A stretch of DNA of 41,742 nt, from positions 1-41,742 of IMG/VR virus record IMGVR_UViG_3300035562_000119; one strand, written 5' to 3'. The DNA is from a virus. Its lineage: Duplodnaviria; Caudoviricetes. Positions within the stretch are counted from its first letter, which is position 1, and every line of letters begins with the position of its first letter. A model generated the notes under the pieces. The model had not been told where the DNA came from. It made no database searches and saw nothing but the letters and a program-made list of their open reading frames with translations. The position numbers and the translations under genes are program-made. Shown piece by piece: positions 25,007-34,490 of this stretch.

Positions 25007-26716
25007 ATGACCAGTGAAGTTTTCAACACAGACGAATTTTTCTCTCCAGCCCCAAGTGACCTTGTGGACAACCTGATGGGGAGATACCACCTTGAACGCC
25101 AAAAAATTGAGTCTTTAGCGGCGATTATGAGCGATAACGACTCTCAGGTAGCCGTGGGGCACTTCCTAACGGGAAACGTCGATAGAGAGCGTTACAGGGG
25201 GGTTCCTGACGTGAGTGAAATTTTTAGGCGTGATGGCGCAATCGCCCACCTCAACGCTACGTACTGGCAGAACGCCCTGCTGCTCACTGATGTGCTCGAT
25301 GTCATGCCAGCGAAGAGGCGCGAGCAGTGGAATGAGCAAATCAGAAACCCGCAGGGAATCAAGGCCCCGCGACTCAGCCAATACGATATTGCCCGTGGGG
25401 TTGAGCAGGAAGAGTGGAGCCTGGCACCGCTTCCGGAATTTGAAGAGGAAACGGTCAGATCGACTCTGATGGACATGCTCAGCTCCCGCGCCAAATTCTT
25501 CGGAGAGCGCGTTGATGGCATTTTCCGGGCGTTATCTGGCGAGCATGTCACAAACCGACCGGAGGGTTTCAGTAAGCGCATGATTTTGTCCAGTGTCTAC
25601 GACTCCTGGGGAATGACGAATTATAAAATGGTCAACTACGTGCTGGATTTGCGGCAGGTGATTGCACGGTTCATGGGTAGGCCAGAACCGTCGTACGAAC
25701 TGACAAACAAAGCGATGAAGACAGCACGTGACTATCCTGGAGAGTGGATATCCATCGACGGCGGCGAAATGCGTATCTGCGCATACCTAAAGGGGACTGC
25801 GCATTTTGAGATCCATCCAAACATGGCCTGGCGTCTGAACTGCATTCTCGCGAGCCTCTACCCCACGGCGATCCCCTCTGAATTTCGCGTGAAGCCAAAG
25901 AAAACAATCAAGAATTTTGTCTTGATGGAAAACGCGCTGCCTGTTTCAGTTCTGCAGGATCTATGCAGTCTCGAAATTGATGAATATCGCCCCATACAGC
26001 GCCATAAGTGGGACAAGCCAATCGAACCCAAAACGCGCAATCCGTTCAATCGGGTGTTCCGCGGCGGCGGGGCAACATCCGATCGCTTCGTCAGGAGCGA
26101 ATCCGAACGCGTGCTCTCATCCGTTGGTGGAGCAAAATTCACCGAAGGGACCTGGACCTGGTGGGAATTCGACTATGATCCAACCCGCGTACTGGCTGAG
26201 ATTATCGCCTCCGGTTGCGTACCAGACGATAAGAGCCATCAATTTTACCCTACCCCGCCTGAGCTGGCCGAGTACTGCGTGGCCCTGGCCGGAATCGAAC
26301 CTAACCACACCTGCCTCGAACCAAGCGCCGGTCACGGTGGTCTCGCGTCATTTATGCCTGTGGACCAGACAATATGCGTTGAAATATCCCCGCTAAAATG
26401 CCAGGTCCTTGATAGCAAGGGGTTTCGGGTATACGAAGCTGACTTTCTGAAATGGGCAGCAAACGGGGGTTGTTTCGACAGGATCGTGATGAATCCCCCC
26501 TTCAGCGATGGCCGAGCATTACTGCACCTGCAGGCGGCTTCCACGCTCACGAAAACAGGCTCAAGAATTATTGCCGTCCTGCCGGCGAGCATGCGCGGTA
26601 AGGACGTGTTACCGGATGAGTGGAATTGCACCTGGTCTGAGCCACGCAGCGGAGAGTTTGCTGGAACAAGCGTGTCGGTAGTTGTGTTGACGGCAGAACG
26701 CCAATGGAAAAAGTGA
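25007..26716 (+). CDS. DUF4942-domain protein with C-terminal amino-DNA methyltransferase
   Basis: GIFRALSGEHVTN..GF.KRMI domain; FYPTP, LEPSAGHG (motif I), MNPPF (motif IV). Confidence 0.82.
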   Translation: MTSEVFNTDEFFSPAPSDLVDNLMGRYHLERQKIESLAAIMSDNDSQVAVGHFLTGNVDRERYRGVPDVSEIFRRDGAIAHLNATYWQNALLLTDVLDVMPAKRREQWNEQIRNPQGIKAPRLSQYDIARGVEQEEWSLAPLPEFEEETVRSTLMDMLSSRAKFFGERVDGIFRALSGEHVTNRPEGFSKRMILSSVYDSWGMTNYKMVNYVLDLRQVIARFMGRPEPSYELTNKAMKTARDYPGEWISIDGGEMRICAYLKGTAHFEIHPNMAWRLNCILASLYPTAIPSEFRVKPKKTIKNFVLMENALPVSVLQDLCSLEIDEYRPIQRHKWDKPIEPKTRNPFNRVFRGGGATSDRFVRSESERVLSSVGGAKFTEGTWTWWEFDYDPTRVLAEIIASGCVPDDKSHQFYPTPPELAEYCVALAGIEPNHTCLEPSAGHGGLASFMPVDQTICVEISPLKCQVLDSKGFRVYEADFLKWAANGGCFDRIVMNPPFSDGRALLHLQAASTLTKTGSRIIAVLPASMRGKDVLPDEWNCTWSEPRSGEFAGTSVSVVVLTAERQWKK

Positions 26717-26717
26717 A

Positions 26718-27362
26718 ATGAGACTGAAATATGCCATAACCATCGGAGACCCAAAATCGGCGCAAATTGTCTCGTATCAGGCTCGATCAACGGGTGAGAG
26801 TCATCTGACGCGAGAAGATGTCGTTACGTCACTGGGGATGACTCAATCGCGCTGCCGAGCTGGGTTATCGCTGATTTATGCTAAATACACGAAGGACCAA
26901 TATTCTGCCGAAACAGCCCTTCGTGAACTGCAACATTACGCGGCATCGATCACAGATAAATACTTTCCTCGGTGTACTCCGGAAGGATTTATTTCTGCCG
27001 TTTCGGTTATGGCTATTCTTGCTCTTGAGGAGTATTGCCGCACAGCAGATACCCCAGGGGCAAAGTGCCGCTGCGGTGGTAAAGGTGAGATCCGAGATCT
27101 CAAAAGTTCGCGAATGAAAGGACGTCCAATTCAGATTCAGTGTCCACGCTGCCACGGAACAGGACTAAGACCTCTTACGCGGAGCCGATGCCATCACGCG
27201 ATCTTAAAGTATTGCTCAGTTTCGCAACCTACATTCTCTCGATACTGGAACCCGTTCTATGACGACCTTCTCAATTGGTGCCTCCGTCAGGAGTCAATGG
27301 CAGAGGACAGCTACAACCTGATCACCAGCCTGAACCCTATAACACGGGAATCAAGCGGGTAA
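26718..27362 (+). CDS. Q: Late antitermination protein Q (lambda-type, Zn finger)
   Basis: LTREDVVTSLGMTQ, EYCR.A...CRCGGKG...CPRCHGTG, C-terminal HTH (VSQPTFSRYW.PFY). Confidence 0.85.
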   Translation: MRLKYAITIGDPKSAQIVSYQARSTGESHLTREDVVTSLGMTQSRCRAGLSLIYAKYTKDQYSAETALRELQHYAASITDKYFPRCTPEGFISAVSVMAILALEEYCRTADTPGAKCRCGGKGEIRDLKSSRMKGRPIQIQCPRCHGTGLRPLTRSRCHHAILKYCSVSQPTFSRYWNPFYDDLLNWCLRQESMAEDSYNLITSLNPITRESSG

Positions 27363-27421
27363 CCCAGCTGAAAAATCATTCTCAGGCTAATGCCTACCAA
27401 TTTCAACTAATGGGGTTACCT

Positions 27422-27652
27422 ATGAAATTTTTAAGATTTTTTACTAACAAAGTCTTAGATCGTAAGGTGCAGCAACCGGAAGCAGTCCCCGCCATCACTG
27501 GAGAAGATTTTGCAGAGTTGATAAAAAACCCTGAAAAAATCTCATCAAAAATGGTTAGGAAGATAGTTTTGAATGGTCTCATGCGACTTGAGAAGGAAGG
27601 ACACGACCCGTTTTCAATGGGTGAAGCTAATCCACCAACAACCAAACGGTAA
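27422..27652 (+). CDS. Hypothetical protein
   Basis: 76 aa AT-rich ORF from ATG 27422. Confidence 0.5.
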   Translation: MKFLRFFTNKVLDRKVQQPEAVPAITGEDFAELIKNPEKISSKMVRKIVLNGLMRLEKEGHDPFSMGEANPPTTKR

Positions 27653-27696
27653 TAAATTTACCTTTATTACTAAATTTACCTTTACTAAAAGGTAAA
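27653..27696. promoter_or_regulatory. Operator/promoter region of the pL-like operon
   Basis: TAAATTTACCTTTA direct repeat (27653, 27671) and palindrome TTTACCTTT-ACTA-AAAGGTAAA (27675-27696) in an AT-rich gap. Confidence 0.6.
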
Positions 27697-27750
27697 AATT
27701 GCTAAGATAACCTCATAGTAAATTTTTCATTCACTATGAGGTTCCTGAAA

Positions 27751-28179
27751 ATGGACATTTACATCCTTAAAGGCAATGCAGTAGACCAGATTATCCCCGC
27801 GTACATTCCCCGCCCTGACGCTATCACAGCAGCCCAGGACGCCGTTCGTGAAGCAGCGCTTCGCGGCATCACGTTAGTCGCCGTAGACGAAAACGGTGAA
27901 GAAATTTTCGACGAAGATTTCAAAACCCTCCTTGAGTTCATCCCGCATGGTCGCCGCATCGCTGCGAACATGATGGATCGTATGGCCCAGAACCCGGCGG
28001 AGCTTCACCTGCTGCTGAGCGGCTCCCCGAAAATGGCTGACCTGATTACCGCGGCTATCACTGAGTATTTCGAAAAGCAGATTGCGATTGGCAAAGAGTA
28101 TCTGGCAATGCCGGAACATAAACGCCAGCGCGTTCGCGAACAGCTGCTGAGCATGATAGCTCCTCAGGCAGCAGCTTAA
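27751..28179 (+). CDS. Hypothetical protein (first gene of the pL-like operon)
   Basis: GAGG RBS, 142 aa. Confidence 0.7.
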   Translation: MDIYILKGNAVDQIIPAYIPRPDAITAAQDAVREAALRGITLVAVDENGEEIFDEDFKTLLEFIPHGRRIAANMMDRMAQNPAELHLLLSGSPKMADLITAAITEYFEKQIAIGKEYLAMPEHKRQRVREQLLSMIAPQAAA

Positions 28180-28228
28180 TTAGCAGAGACATGACCAATG
28201 ACCGCCCCGGAAACGGGGCAATAAAGCG

Positions 28229-28365
28229 AACTTTGTGGTGTGGTGAATGCGGCTATGCGTACGCGACACAGTTAAAAACGGCATGTTATGGGTGGTTGTG
28301 AGTCGGCAATATTTGTTAACTGGATATTGTCACCGGGAGGCACCCGGCACCACACCGATAAAGTT
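28229..28365 (+). ncRNA. Structured prophage RNA (multi-stem; resembles elements often annotated as sRNA-Xcc1-like)
   Basis: Closing stem AACTTTGT.GGTGTGGTG / CACCACACC.GATAAAGTT, inner stem CAGTTAA/TTAACTG, hairpin CCGGG-AGGCA-CCCGG; intergenic. Family name is from memory and unverified. Confidence 0.6.
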
Positions 28366-28393
28366 TGTTTAATTAACAGAAGAGACATGACCA

Positions 28394-28675
28394 ATGGAAA
28401 AAATTAGTTTTGAAGTAGAAGCATCCGACGCAAATATTCGCGCTCAAAGTTATCAGGAAATTCGCGTTGAAGTTGACGGCGTGGATTTATCTGACCTAAT
28501 TGAAGCAATTGAAGACAACGACGCCATTATTAATATTATCGGTGCCGAAGCAATTGCTGACTATTTTTCTACCGAATGCCGCCTGTTCGATTTACTGGGG
28601 CATTTCGACGCTGGTGAACTGGCTGATTTTCTAAAAGAACGAGGCTGGGAGGTTGGAAATGAATCCGACGATTAA
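28394..28675 (+). CDS. Hypothetical acidic protein
   Basis: 93 aa, starts inside a motif copy. Confidence 0.7.
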   Translation: MEKISFEVEASDANIRAQSYQEIRVEVDGVDLSDLIEAIEDNDAIINIIGAEAIADYFSTECRLFDLLGHFDAGELADFLKERGWEVGNESDD

Positions 28676-28958
28676 CTCTCGCTCAGACTGGAACCGCCGC
28701 CCTGCTCACCAGCAGGCTGTGTATCTGCCGCCGTTCTGGGCTGCCGCACGGCGATTCTGTTACCTGATGGCTCAGAAAGGAGACCCAACTATCGAAACGG
28801 TTAAGTGTGCGTACCATGCCTGCAACAACGAAGTGAAAAAAGAGTGGGCGGTAAAATCCACTCTGGTGTATCGCTCCGGTCAAATGCTGCGGCAGGAAGA
28901 AAGAGAATACTGCAGTCAACGATGTGCCGAATGTGATCAGATGGCACATGAGGGTTAA
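28659..28958 (+). CDS. Zinc-binding protein (YdaE-like C-terminus)
   Basis: CAYHAC...EEREYCSQRCAECDQMAHEG; GGAGG RBS. Confidence 0.7.
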   Translation: MNPTINSRSDWNRRPAHQQAVYLPPFWAAARRFCYLMAQKGDPTIETVKCAYHACNNEVKKEWAVKSTLVYRSGQMLRQEEREYCSQRCAECDQMAHEG

Positions 28959-29147
28959 ATAAGTTTCCGCAGCCAGCGGGCAATAATAGCAGCGAGGAGA
29001 GACCGTATTACCCTCACGGTCGCGAGCTTCCGGAGACCTGTTATTCATTGCGATACCGTAAAGCATCAATATTTGGTGTTTTCCGATGTTGCAAAAAATG
29101 ACTGCCAGAAATGGCATGGGATTCTATTACCTGAAATGAGGTTTGTT

Positions 29148-29492
29148 ATGAAAAGTATCACTATTGAACTGAGTACCATTAATACCGTTTTCCCGACCGT
29201 CGCAACAGTATCAATTGATAACGTGATTGCTGGTTATATTTGTGAAAATAAAGAATCGAATCGTGAATAAAAACCTAAATCCATCGTTCTCCTTAATGGG
29301 AAAACGCTGGGCGATTATTGCTGCACTGAGCATGCGGCAAAAGCATTAGCTAAACACCACTGCGGGAATGACGGAATTTATGTCAGTGATAAGGACGCAG
29401 GAAACATGGGACCGCTGGGGATTTTACTTATTGCCGCGCTTATGGCTGCAAAAGAAAAAGCAGAAGAAGAGGAAGAAAAAAGCCCGCACTAA
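29148..29492 (+). pseudogene. Hypothetical gene interrupted by an in-frame TAA
   Basis: MKSITIEL...SNRE*KPKSIVLLNGKTLGDYCC...EEEEEKSPH*; the same frame continues 73 sense codons past TAA 29268-29270. Confidence 0.6.
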
Positions 29493-29626
29493 GGCGGGCT
29501 ATTTCCCGGCTTTACATCCCGGCGATGTGCTGGTTGGCGACCAAGCCTTCCAACAGAGACATGACCAATGACCACCGAGGCGACCACTGGACGCCTCCAT
29601 TCTACATGAATTGAGGAAAATGTGTA

Positions 29627-32620
29627 ATGAGTGATATGCCGCAAGAAATTGCCCTCTTCCAGAAGGTGAAAAACGAAAGCGCAAGAAAGCGTCTGAACAT
29701 CAAGGCCGCTTTCTTCTGGTGCACCAGCAAAAAGGAAAGCCTGGCGCTATCCCGCATGGCGCTGGCAATGGACGAAGCTGGCTTCGACGACGAAGACTTC
29801 GCCCGCCCTATCCGCGTTAACCTCCCTGTCGTTGATGACCTTCCGGATGAAGGCGTCTTCGATACGACGTTCTGCGACCGCTACCAGCTCGGCGACGATG
29901 GTATGACGTTCGGCTTGATCCCGGGTGCCGCGCCGCTGGCTCCTGCAGGTGAAAAAGTAGTGGAAGGTACCGATACAACTGTGGTCGACGGCGTTGACAC
30001 CCAGACTGGTGAAATTGTCGATCACGAAGCGTTGGATGCTGCCGCGAACGGTGGCGAAACTCCAGATCCCGACCTCAGGGTTGATGAAGACGACAACGAT
30101 AAAACCGAATACCCGGTTGCAGAAATGGCATTCAGCCGTCGGCTGCTCTCTCAATATATTGGCGATAAAACAGCTCACCACATCAAGCATAAGCAACGCG
30201 CCCAGGTAATTGCACTGGCGCTTGATACTGATGATCACCATGCTCAGAACTTATTGCTTGCTGCCAGAAATTCACCAGAACTGGAAAACCTCAGCACTGC
30301 GGACCTATGTAAATTCACCAACGCTTATAAAACGGTATTCAACAAAGAAAAGCGCCACGAACTGGCCCGCGTAATCCAGTTCACCAAACTGTGGGTAGCC
30401 ACTGAACACATCGATCGTGGCGTTCTCGTCAAAGAGTGGGCCGCCGGTAACTTAGTGACGGCTTCATCTACAACTGAGCAAAGTCCTCCTGAGCCGGAAG
30501 TCTACAAACGTTCGGTGCCGCAGTCCGCCGCCAACTTATCGATCGAGATCGCAGTTGCCCAACTCTATCCGGATGCTGAACCCGGCAACGTTAGCCGCGC
30601 TCAGCTCACTGGTGCCAAAGCGCTGCAGGATCGTAAGGAGCCCATCCACACCAAAGCCGTTAAAACGCTGGAAAAAATCACCGATATTTTCGAGTACAAC
30701 GCCCCTACCATTTTCGCAGCTACCCGAGCAATTAAATGGAACGGCGAAGAGGCAGTCATCGATTTGCGAGCACAGGCCCGCGACTGGCTGGCTGAGCACG
30801 GTATCTATGAAAATGGTCAACCATCCAACGGCTACGCAGAGTGGAGAGACGACTCTCATTCCGTTAGCCCGTCGGTTGCACCGACAAGCGAAGAAATCGA
30901 CAAGCAGTTGGCAGCGGAACGCGGGGAGTTTGTACCTGGTATCAGTGACCCAAACGATCCGAAATGGGTGAAGACAGAGACTGGCCAACAGAAAGCAGAG
31001 TCGGAACTGGTGAAAAAGGTTGCCGAAGGTGTATTCGACGTTACTGCCCTTCTGCAGGGCTCATCAACTCATGGTACAAAACAGGAAGTGGAGACCACCA
31101 GCGATGTGCAGATTCAAGAAGTTAACAGTCATGAAGAATCGGCTGGTGATGCGCTGCCTCAAAGCGAAAACGCGTTGCAGTCAGACGAAGGCGGTGATGA
31201 CAATGGTATGGAGGCTGCCGTAACCCCGAGTCAGGCAAACCATAACCAGCCAATTACTGACCATTTCGAGGACTTCTCGCACCAGGACGAGCCAGAACAG
31301 CAACAATCCGAACCAGATCCGCAACCAGAGTGGCCCACCCATTTTGAGCCGGGCCGATACGAAGGTGTACCGAACGAAGTCTACCATTCCGCGAACGGCA
31401 TCAGCAGCACCATGCTGAAGGATGCTCGTATTAGCCTCATGTACTACAACGCTCGGCATATGGAGAAAACTATTCCGCGTGAAGAAACGAAAGCCTTTTT
31501 GTTCGGCGGGCATTCTCATGCCTTCATTCTGGAACCGGGAAAAATTGACGCGGAATACGCTGTCCCTACACCACCACCAGAAGATCTCATCCGCACAACT
31601 GCAGATATGACGGCAATTATCAAAGGGCATAACGACACGCTTCCTGCCCTTATGACGCCTGAAGAAATGAAGGCGTGGATTGACGAGTACAACGCTGCCC
31701 TCACCCCTCCGCTGTCACTGAGTGCTGGTGCCGAGGAAACAGCGAATCTGTACGTTTCCTTACCCGAAGAGTTCCAGCGAATCCCTGATGGTACAAAGCA
31801 CACCGCCGTCGCGCAGAGAGCATGCATAAAAGAATACAACGCCAGCCTTCAGCCAATGCTCAAGGTGAGCGGTACTCGGGACCAAATGCTGGATCAGATC
31901 GCCTCCGTTTCGCCGGAACTGGCGGATGAAGAACGCTCCAAACCGCAACCGTTAAACGTCAGTGGTAGCCGTGCGCAGCTCATTGATGCTGTCCGTCAGA
32001 TACGCCCGGATGCGGTATTCACAGAAGATTTTGAGGAAGAGCAGGAGCGTATACGCGCCGGACGAACCTACATCAGTCTTGATATGTATCAACACGTGAA
32101 GGCTGTCGAGAAAGCGGTTTTCTCTCACCCCAGCGCCAGCCGACTTCTCAACCATCCAATGCGTCAGTCCGAGGTCAGTTATTTCGGATTTGACGAAGAA
32201 ACAGGCCTAGAGCTTCGCGTACGCCCGGATCTGGAAATCCAACTTCCTCACTCCCGCATTGGTAGTGACCTGAAGACTGTTTCCCTGGGCAACGTGAAAC
32301 AGGAGCGACTTCGTGACCGTCTGCACCGGGAAATTATTGAGCGCGATTACCACCTGAGCGCAGCCATGTATTGCGACGTAGCCGGGTTAGACGAGTTCTC
32401 ATGGATTTTCGTCAATAAAGATCCGGGGTATCACTGGGTCGCAGTCGTCGAAGCATCCTCCGAATTGCTGGAACTGGGTCGTCTTGAATACCGCCGTACT
32501 CTGCGCCTGATTAACGAAGCGATGGAGACAAATAACTGGCCTGCCCCAATTACCGAAGATTACACCGACCAGCTCAACGATTTTGATCTGCGTCGCTTTG
32601 AAGCCCTGAGTGCCATGTAA
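29627..32620 (+). CDS. recE: Exonuclease VIII (RecE)
   Basis: 997 aa; N-terminal DLPDEGVFDTTFCDRYQL; C-terminal PD-(D/E)XK (SEVSYF, RVRPDLE, SDLKT, YHLSAAMY); followed by recT. Confidence 0.92.
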   Translation: MSDMPQEIALFQKVKNESARKRLNIKAAFFWCTSKKESLALSRMALAMDEAGFDDEDFARPIRVNLPVVDDLPDEGVFDTTFCDRYQLGDDGMTFGLIPGAAPLAPAGEKVVEGTDTTVVDGVDTQTGEIVDHEALDAAANGGETPDPDLRVDEDDNDKTEYPVAEMAFSRRLLSQYIGDKTAHHIKHKQRAQVIALALDTDDHHAQNLLLAARNSPELENLSTADLCKFTNAYKTVFNKEKRHELARVIQFTKLWVATEHIDRGVLVKEWAAGNLVTASSTTEQSPPEPEVYKRSVPQSAANLSIEIAVAQLYPDAEPGNVSRAQLTGAKALQDRKEPIHTKAVKTLEKITDIFEYNAPTIFAATRAIKWNGEEAVIDLRAQARDWLAEHGIYENGQPSNGYAEWRDDSHSVSPSVAPTSEEIDKQLAAERGEFVPGISDPNDPKWVKTETGQQKAESELVKKVAEGVFDVTALLQGSSTHGTKQEVETTSDVQIQEVNSHEESAGDALPQSENALQSDEGGDDNGMEAAVTPSQANHNQPITDHFEDFSHQDEPEQQQSEPDPQPEWPTHFEPGRYEGVPNEVYHSANGISSTMLKDARISLMYYNARHMEKTIPREETKAFLFGGHSHAFILEPGKIDAEYAVPTPPPEDLIRTTADMTAIIKGHNDTLPALMTPEEMKAWIDEYNAALTPPLSLSAGAEETANLYVSLPEEFQRIPDGTKHTAVAQRACIKEYNASLQPMLKVSGTRDQMLDQIASVSPELADEERSKPQPLNVSGSRAQLIDAVRQIRPDAVFTEDFEEEQERIRAGRTYISLDMYQHVKAVEKAVFSHPSASRLLNHPMRQSEVSYFGFDEETGLELRVRPDLEIQLPHSRIGSDLKTVSLGNVKQERLRDRLHREIIERDYHLSAAMYCDVAGLDEFSWIFVNKDPGYHWVAVVEASSELLELGRLEYRRTLRLINEAMETNNWPAPITEDYTDQLNDFDLRRFEALSAM

Positions 32621-32631
32621 GGAGACCGATA

Positions 32632-33750
32632 ATGACGAATTTACCCGAAAATCAAAATCTGGCTCCGGCCACAGTTTCAGCCAGCAGTACCATTTTTAGC
32701 GCCCCTATGCTTACGCAGCTAACGGCATTCGCGAAGCTGATGGCCGACTCCCGGGTTTCCGTTCCGGATCATCTAGCTGGTAAGCCTGCTGATTGCATGG
32801 CTATCGTGATGCAGGCTATGCAGTGGGGCATGAACCCTTACGCGGTTGCTCAAAAGACACATCTTGTCGGCGGAAAACTCGGTTACGAAGCGCAGCTGGT
32901 AAACGCGGTCATATCCAGTTCTGACGCAGTAACAGGGCGATTTCATTACGAGTACGGTGGCGACTGGTCGCGTTGCACCACATCAAAAGAAATCACGGTT
33001 AAAAAGAAAGGCAAGCACGGTGACTACAACGCAACTGAGCGCGTCCGGGGCTGGTCTGATGCAGATGAATCCGGCTTGTTCATACGCGTTGGCGCGGTCA
33101 TTCGAGGTGAAAAGCAAGTCACATGGGGTGAGCCTGTGTACCTTTCCAGCGTGGTTATCCGCAATTCCCCGCTCTGGGTCTCTAACCCTAAGCAGCAGAT
33201 CGCGTATCTGGCACTCAAATATTGGGCGCGTCTGTATACGCCTGATGTAATCCTCGGTGTTTATACAAAAGAGGAACTCGAAGGTCACCAGGAGAAAATT
33301 ATTAATCCGGCTGGCAGCGACAACCGAGCCAGCATTTTCGAAACCACCCATAACGACTCCGGCCCCAGCGTCGTGCTTAACAACGAAGTGCAAACCTACG
33401 GCGATCATGACGCATGGGTTGAAGATTTTCGTATCCGTATCGAGTCGGCCGGAACGTCGGAAGAAACGACTCAGCTCCGCCAGGAAGTTGAGGTTCAGAA
33501 AGACGCGATCGGTATCGCCTTCTACACCGAACTAAAAGGCAAGGTTGTGCAGCGCCATCACCACCTGAACGCAGTCAATCGCATCGAGAAAATGATTAAT
33601 GAGCTTCCCAAGCCGGGCGAGCCGGAGGCCGCTGCACGGTTCACCGCGTTGGAGAATGCACTCAATGCCGCGAAAGCCCACCTGGGCGAACTGTACGAAG
33701 GCTACAGCATCACCCTGTCGGATATGAAACCGGAATACGTTGGCGCTTAA
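32632..33750 (+). CDS. recT: RecT family single-strand annealing protein
   Basis: VPDHLAGKPADCMAIVMQAMQWGMNPYAVAQKT, WARLYTPDVILGVY. Confidence 0.9.
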   Translation: MTNLPENQNLAPATVSASSTIFSAPMLTQLTAFAKLMADSRVSVPDHLAGKPADCMAIVMQAMQWGMNPYAVAQKTHLVGGKLGYEAQLVNAVISSSDAVTGRFHYEYGGDWSRCTTSKEITVKKKGKHGDYNATERVRGWSDADESGLFIRVGAVIRGEKQVTWGEPVYLSSVVIRNSPLWVSNPKQQIAYLALKYWARLYTPDVILGVYTKEELEGHQEKIINPAGSDNRASIFETTHNDSGPSVVLNNEVQTYGDHDAWVEDFRIRIESAGTSEETTQLRQEVEVQKDAIGIAFYTELKGKVVQRHHHLNAVNRIEKMINELPKPGEPEAAARFTALENALNAAKAHLGELYEGYSITLSDMKPEYVGA

Positions 33751-33789
33751 CTGGAGGCTGGCGGTCGGCACCGGCCGCCAGATGAAACG

Positions 33790-34122
33790 ATGACGACATC
33801 ACGTAGAGACGCATACATCAAACGCATCATCGAGGAGACCAACGCCCGGGGTCGTCTGACCGCGCGGGATGCCTCCTCCATCCTGGGTATTTCGGTTGAC
33901 TGCGCCCGCCTCTACTGCCGTTTGGCAGCAAAGCAGGGAAACCTGATTCGCCACGCGAACAGCGGCCTATTTCGGGACCAGCAGTCTCTCGATGCGCTTT
34001 TGGTTGAACGCATGGCAAAACCACACTACCAGAAGCCACCAAAGGGAAATGTGATTGCCGAGGAGTGCCGCCAGAGCGGCGCAATGCAACGAGTCCTTTC
34101 AGTTTACGGAGTGAAATCATGA
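33790..34122 (+). CDS. HTH-domain protein
   Basis: GRLTARDASSILGISVDCARLY (wHTH-like); EECRQSGAMQRVLSVYG tail. Confidence 0.65.
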   Translation: MTTSRRDAYIKRIIEETNARGRLTARDASSILGISVDCARLYCRLAAKQGNLIRHANSGLFRDQQSLDALLVERMAKPHYQKPPKGNVIAEECRQSGAMQRVLSVYGVKS

Positions 34123-34490
34123 GCAAAGTAAAAATGCAGGTCTGCGAGTTGACAGGCAACGCGCTGGATTATGCGGTAGACCGGGCGATTAACGGTAAAA
34201 AATACAGTGAAGCATTCTCCCTTATCCGCGCATCGGGTGATGGCTTCCGCCCATCTTCGAGCTGGAGTGTCTGCGGCGTTCTGATGGAGGCTCACTCGAT
34301 CAGCTGCTACCGATCGATGGATGCCTGGACAGGTGAAGGGCTTCATTGGGTTGGCGTTAATGAAAATTCGACTGCTGAAAAGCGCCGTGGCTGCATTGCT
34401 GATGACCCCAGAACCGCAATCTGCCGCGCAGTCGCCTCTATGGGTGGCGATGAAATCGAAATCCCGCGCGAACTGCTGGGTGGAAAATGA
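34119..34490 (+). CDS. NinX-like (DUF2591) protein
   Basis: ELTGNALDYAV...PSSSWSVCG.LME...PRTAICRAV. Confidence 0.75.
   Translation: MSKVKMQVCELTGNALDYAVDRAINGKKYSEAFSLIRASGDGFRPSSSWSVCGVLMEAHSISCYRSMDAWTGEGLHWVGVNENSTAEKRRGCIADDPRTAICRAVASMGGDEIEIPRELLGGK

Noticed and set aside
28959-29147. Possible second ncRNA (hairpins GACCGT/ACGGTC and AAAGCATCAA/TTGGTGTTTT)
   Set aside because: Only short local stems and no convincing overall fold by eye; needs covariance analysis.
29368-29571. 67 aa Lys-rich ORF ending in QQRHDQ, similar to the CII-like C-terminus QQRHDH
   Set aside because: The similarity is just the DNA motif read in the same frame; the ORF overlaps the interrupted gene and crosses a hairpin.
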